Source of the DNA: Candidatus Sericytochromatia bacterium
Lineage (GTDB): Bacteria; Cyanobacteriota; Sericytochromatia; S15B-MN24; JAQBPE01
Assembly: GCA_040400605.1 (NCBI GenBank)
Contig: JBBAPZ010000007.1
Location: 1 to 19,384 of the forward strand
Direction: 5' to 3'
DNA length: 19,384 nucleotides
Positions 18,401 through 19,384 of the stretch are shown here, one piece after another. The position numbers and the translations under genes are program-made. The number at the start of each line of letters is the position of its first letter. Position 1 is the stretch's first letter. Below the pieces are notes generated by a model. The model ran no database searches and was not told where the DNA came from. It was given only the letters and a program-made list of their open reading frames with translations.

Positions 18401-19384
18401 GCGCATCACCTGTGAACAGCGCAGCAGCAACTGTCATCTCGGTAACGGCATCCGTGAATGGTGCACAAAGCCAGGTCGTGGGATCCATTGCACCGCCCCT
18501 CACGCCCAATGCGTCACCGGCAGCCCAACAGGCTCTGCTCGCGCTGCAACAGTTGGCCAGCGACACCGCCCGTCTGCACGCCCAGTTTCTTGAAACCCAA
18601 TCCCGCACCCAACAAATGGTTCTACAATGGCTCAACCCGCAAGCGGTGACAAACGGCCACGCGACGGCAGCTGCCAACGGCCACGGTGCTTCTCCTTCGA
18701 ACACAGGGTTGACAGCGCCAAGCGCGCCCATCCCCAACCCATACCCGTTACCCCAGACGCCTGCGGCACAACCGAGCGCTTCCACGTCAGTTTCCGCACC
18801 CAGACAACCCGAGGGCGCAGTCCCCCCCCTTGGGATGGCAGGCGTAGCCGCCCCCATGCCCCGAACCATTGACAACCCGACAAACGCGAATCAATGCGAG
18901 GGGCCAGCGACACCAAGTGCACAAGCGGGGTCAGGCGCCGTGGCGGCCAAGCTGGATGAGACGGATCCCTTGGCCGTTGAAGTAGCGGCTCAGTTGCAGC
19001 AGCGTGTGCTTACGGTGGTGGCGGAAAAAACCGGGTATCCCGTTGAGATGCTGGGCCTTGAGATGAGCCTGGAGGCGGACCTGGGCATTGATTCCATCAA
19101 GCGGGTGGAGATTATGGCCGCCTTGCAGCAAGCCTTGCCCCAAGCCGAGCCGGTTGCCCCGGAGCGTCTGGGCAGCCTGGTCACCTTGCAGGATGTGCTG
19201 GCGGCGCTAAGCAAGCAGGCGGTGCGATCGCCTGTCACGGGCGCATCGGGTGCCGTGGCAACCAAACGTGACGACGTGCCTCAAACGGACGGTTTGAGTG
19301 TTGAAGCAGCGGCTCAGTTGCAGCAGCGTGTGCTTACGGTGGTGGCAGAAAAAACCGGGTATCCCGTTGAGATGCTGGGCCTTG
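15406..19384 (+). CDS. pfaA: PfaA-type iterative type I PKS/PUFA synthase (KS-MAT-ACP-ACP...), 3' truncated by the window edge
   Basis: Translated by hand from ATG 15406 (MSVPQNPAPTHAPLAVIGMACLFP). KS: WQENSFPGLLGNVVAGRIANR, DAACASSL, EAHGTGT (16441), KSQIGHTK, SAFGFGGSNFH. MAT: FPGQGSQY, AGHSYGE (about 17434) and AFHS. ACP: EKTGYPVEML...LEADLGIDSIKRVEI (about 19024-19113), with a second ACP starting near 19300. All motifs are in one frame, and the ORF is absent from the track because it has no stop in the window. Confidence 0.93.
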   Translation, partial: MSVPQNPAPTHAPLAVIGMACLFPQADNLGAYWANIRHGRDGITAIPESHWRVADYYDADPKKSDHTYAKRGGFIPPVPFDCATYGIAPHNLEATDVSQLLGLAVADAALAHAGYGAMSDAQRQTVSVILGVTGTLQLVIPLGARLGHPQWRQALLDAGVSPAVANDVVARIADSYVPWQENSFPGLLGNVVAGRIANRLNLGGTNCVVDAACASSLSATHMAALELNGGRADMVITGGVDTFNDIFMYMCFSKTPALSPSGDSRPFDAAGDGTILGEGIGMVVLKRLADAERDGDCIYAVLKGIGTSSDGRGKAIYAPSAQGQIQALNAAYQQASVTPDTIELVEAHGTGTKVGDAIELDALRQVYGKAQTGAWCALGSVKSQIGHTKAAAGAAGLLKAALALHHKVLPPTLKVNEPLEALQAPDCPFYLNTAARPWLKRPAHPRRAALSAFGFGGSNFHAVLEEFGEHKAAIDWHGDHEVVCLGADTPDGITAQFEQMRALSEWHAWRLFAHQSRARFRVSDTHRLVFIVEADPLTRTKWLDTIQAHWSRTEAPWSLRDGAWCASGAAPGALAAIFPGQGSQYVDMGRDWACQFPEAFDAWQAAEDAFETVGTARAKGCRLIDCAMPPAAFSEAAKQQQAVRLRETDAAQVAIGAMSMGLWQVLQRFGVQVSAVAGHSYGELTALWAAGRLQDADYLHLSALRGSLMHAEGHSGGAMLAVHASAKEVLAALESAQLPVVIANYNAPRQVVLSGPIEAIDAATKRLEAQKLRSSRLPVGAAFHSPLVAAAQVPFAEALKAVPFQDAQVPVYANTTAELYPEDARQAQVLLGGQLAQSVNWEGIVRRMLESGVRTFVEVGPQNRLNGLVQAIATDYPGVSVISLDAQGGKRRADLDLAHTLGHLAALGYLVDWSPWQGGDAVYEGLAARKTPKMAVMLSGVNHRSTQPAPRPATLSHPVDSTKSLEPASTVGVKASTPAAPAGVNSRPGVNATPIATNGASPVNSAAATVISVTASVNGAQSQVVGSIAPPLTPNASPAAQQALLALQQLASDTARLHAQFLETQSRTQQMVLQWLNPQAVTNGHATAAANGHGASPSNTGLTAPSAPIPNPYPLPQTPAAQPSASTSVSAPRQPEGAVPPLGMAGVAAPMPRTIDNPTNANQCEGPATPSAQAGSGAVAAKLDETDPLAVEVAAQLQQRVLTVVAEKTGYPVEMLGLEMSLEADLGIDSIKRVEIMAALQQALPQAEPVAPERLGSLVTLQDVLAALSKQAVRSPVTGASGAVATKRDDVPQTDGLSVEAAAQLQQRVLTVVAEKTGYPVEMLGL
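18976..19384 (+). repeat. Tandem ACP-domain DNA repeat (period 324 bp)
   Basis: 18976-19060 and 19300-19384 (GTTGAAG[T/C]AGCGGCTCAGTTGCAGCAGCGTGTGCTTACGGTGGTGGC[G/A]GAAAAAACCGGGTATCCCGTTGAGATGCTGGGCCTTG) differ at only 2 of 85 positions by eye. Confidence 0.9.

Noticed and set aside
18171..18875. 234 aa - strand ORF and the other short ORFs listed between 15368 and 19265
   Set aside because: All lie within or opposite the continuous pfaA reading frame from 15406.

Overview
Bacterial chromosomal region, moderately GC-rich, with ten protein-coding genes. In order: a lipoprotein M14 zinc carboxypeptidase (+); a serine-recombinase-family protein whose catalytic motifs appear destroyed (-); a HAD phosphatase/beta-phosphoglucomutase-like gene and glucokinase (+, probable operon); two tandem paralogous OPT-family transporters (-); the fused isobutyryl-CoA mutase/GTPase IcmF (+); a sensor-less histidine-kinase-like protein with a degenerate ATP-binding domain (-); and the start of a PUFA-synthase-type (pfa) iterative PKS cluster. 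That cluster has a PfaD-type enoyl reductase followed by a PfaA-type KS-MAT-(ACP)n gene, which runs off the window end and so is absent from the ORF track. The most unusual elements are the apparently dead serine recombinase with an intact DNA-binding domain and structured DNA just downstream, the pseudo-kinase divergent from the pfa cluster across a hairpin-rich intergenic region, and a sawtooth G/T versus C/A strand skew that resets at divergent promoters. No rRNA, tRNA, CRISPR array or intact mobile element was seen.
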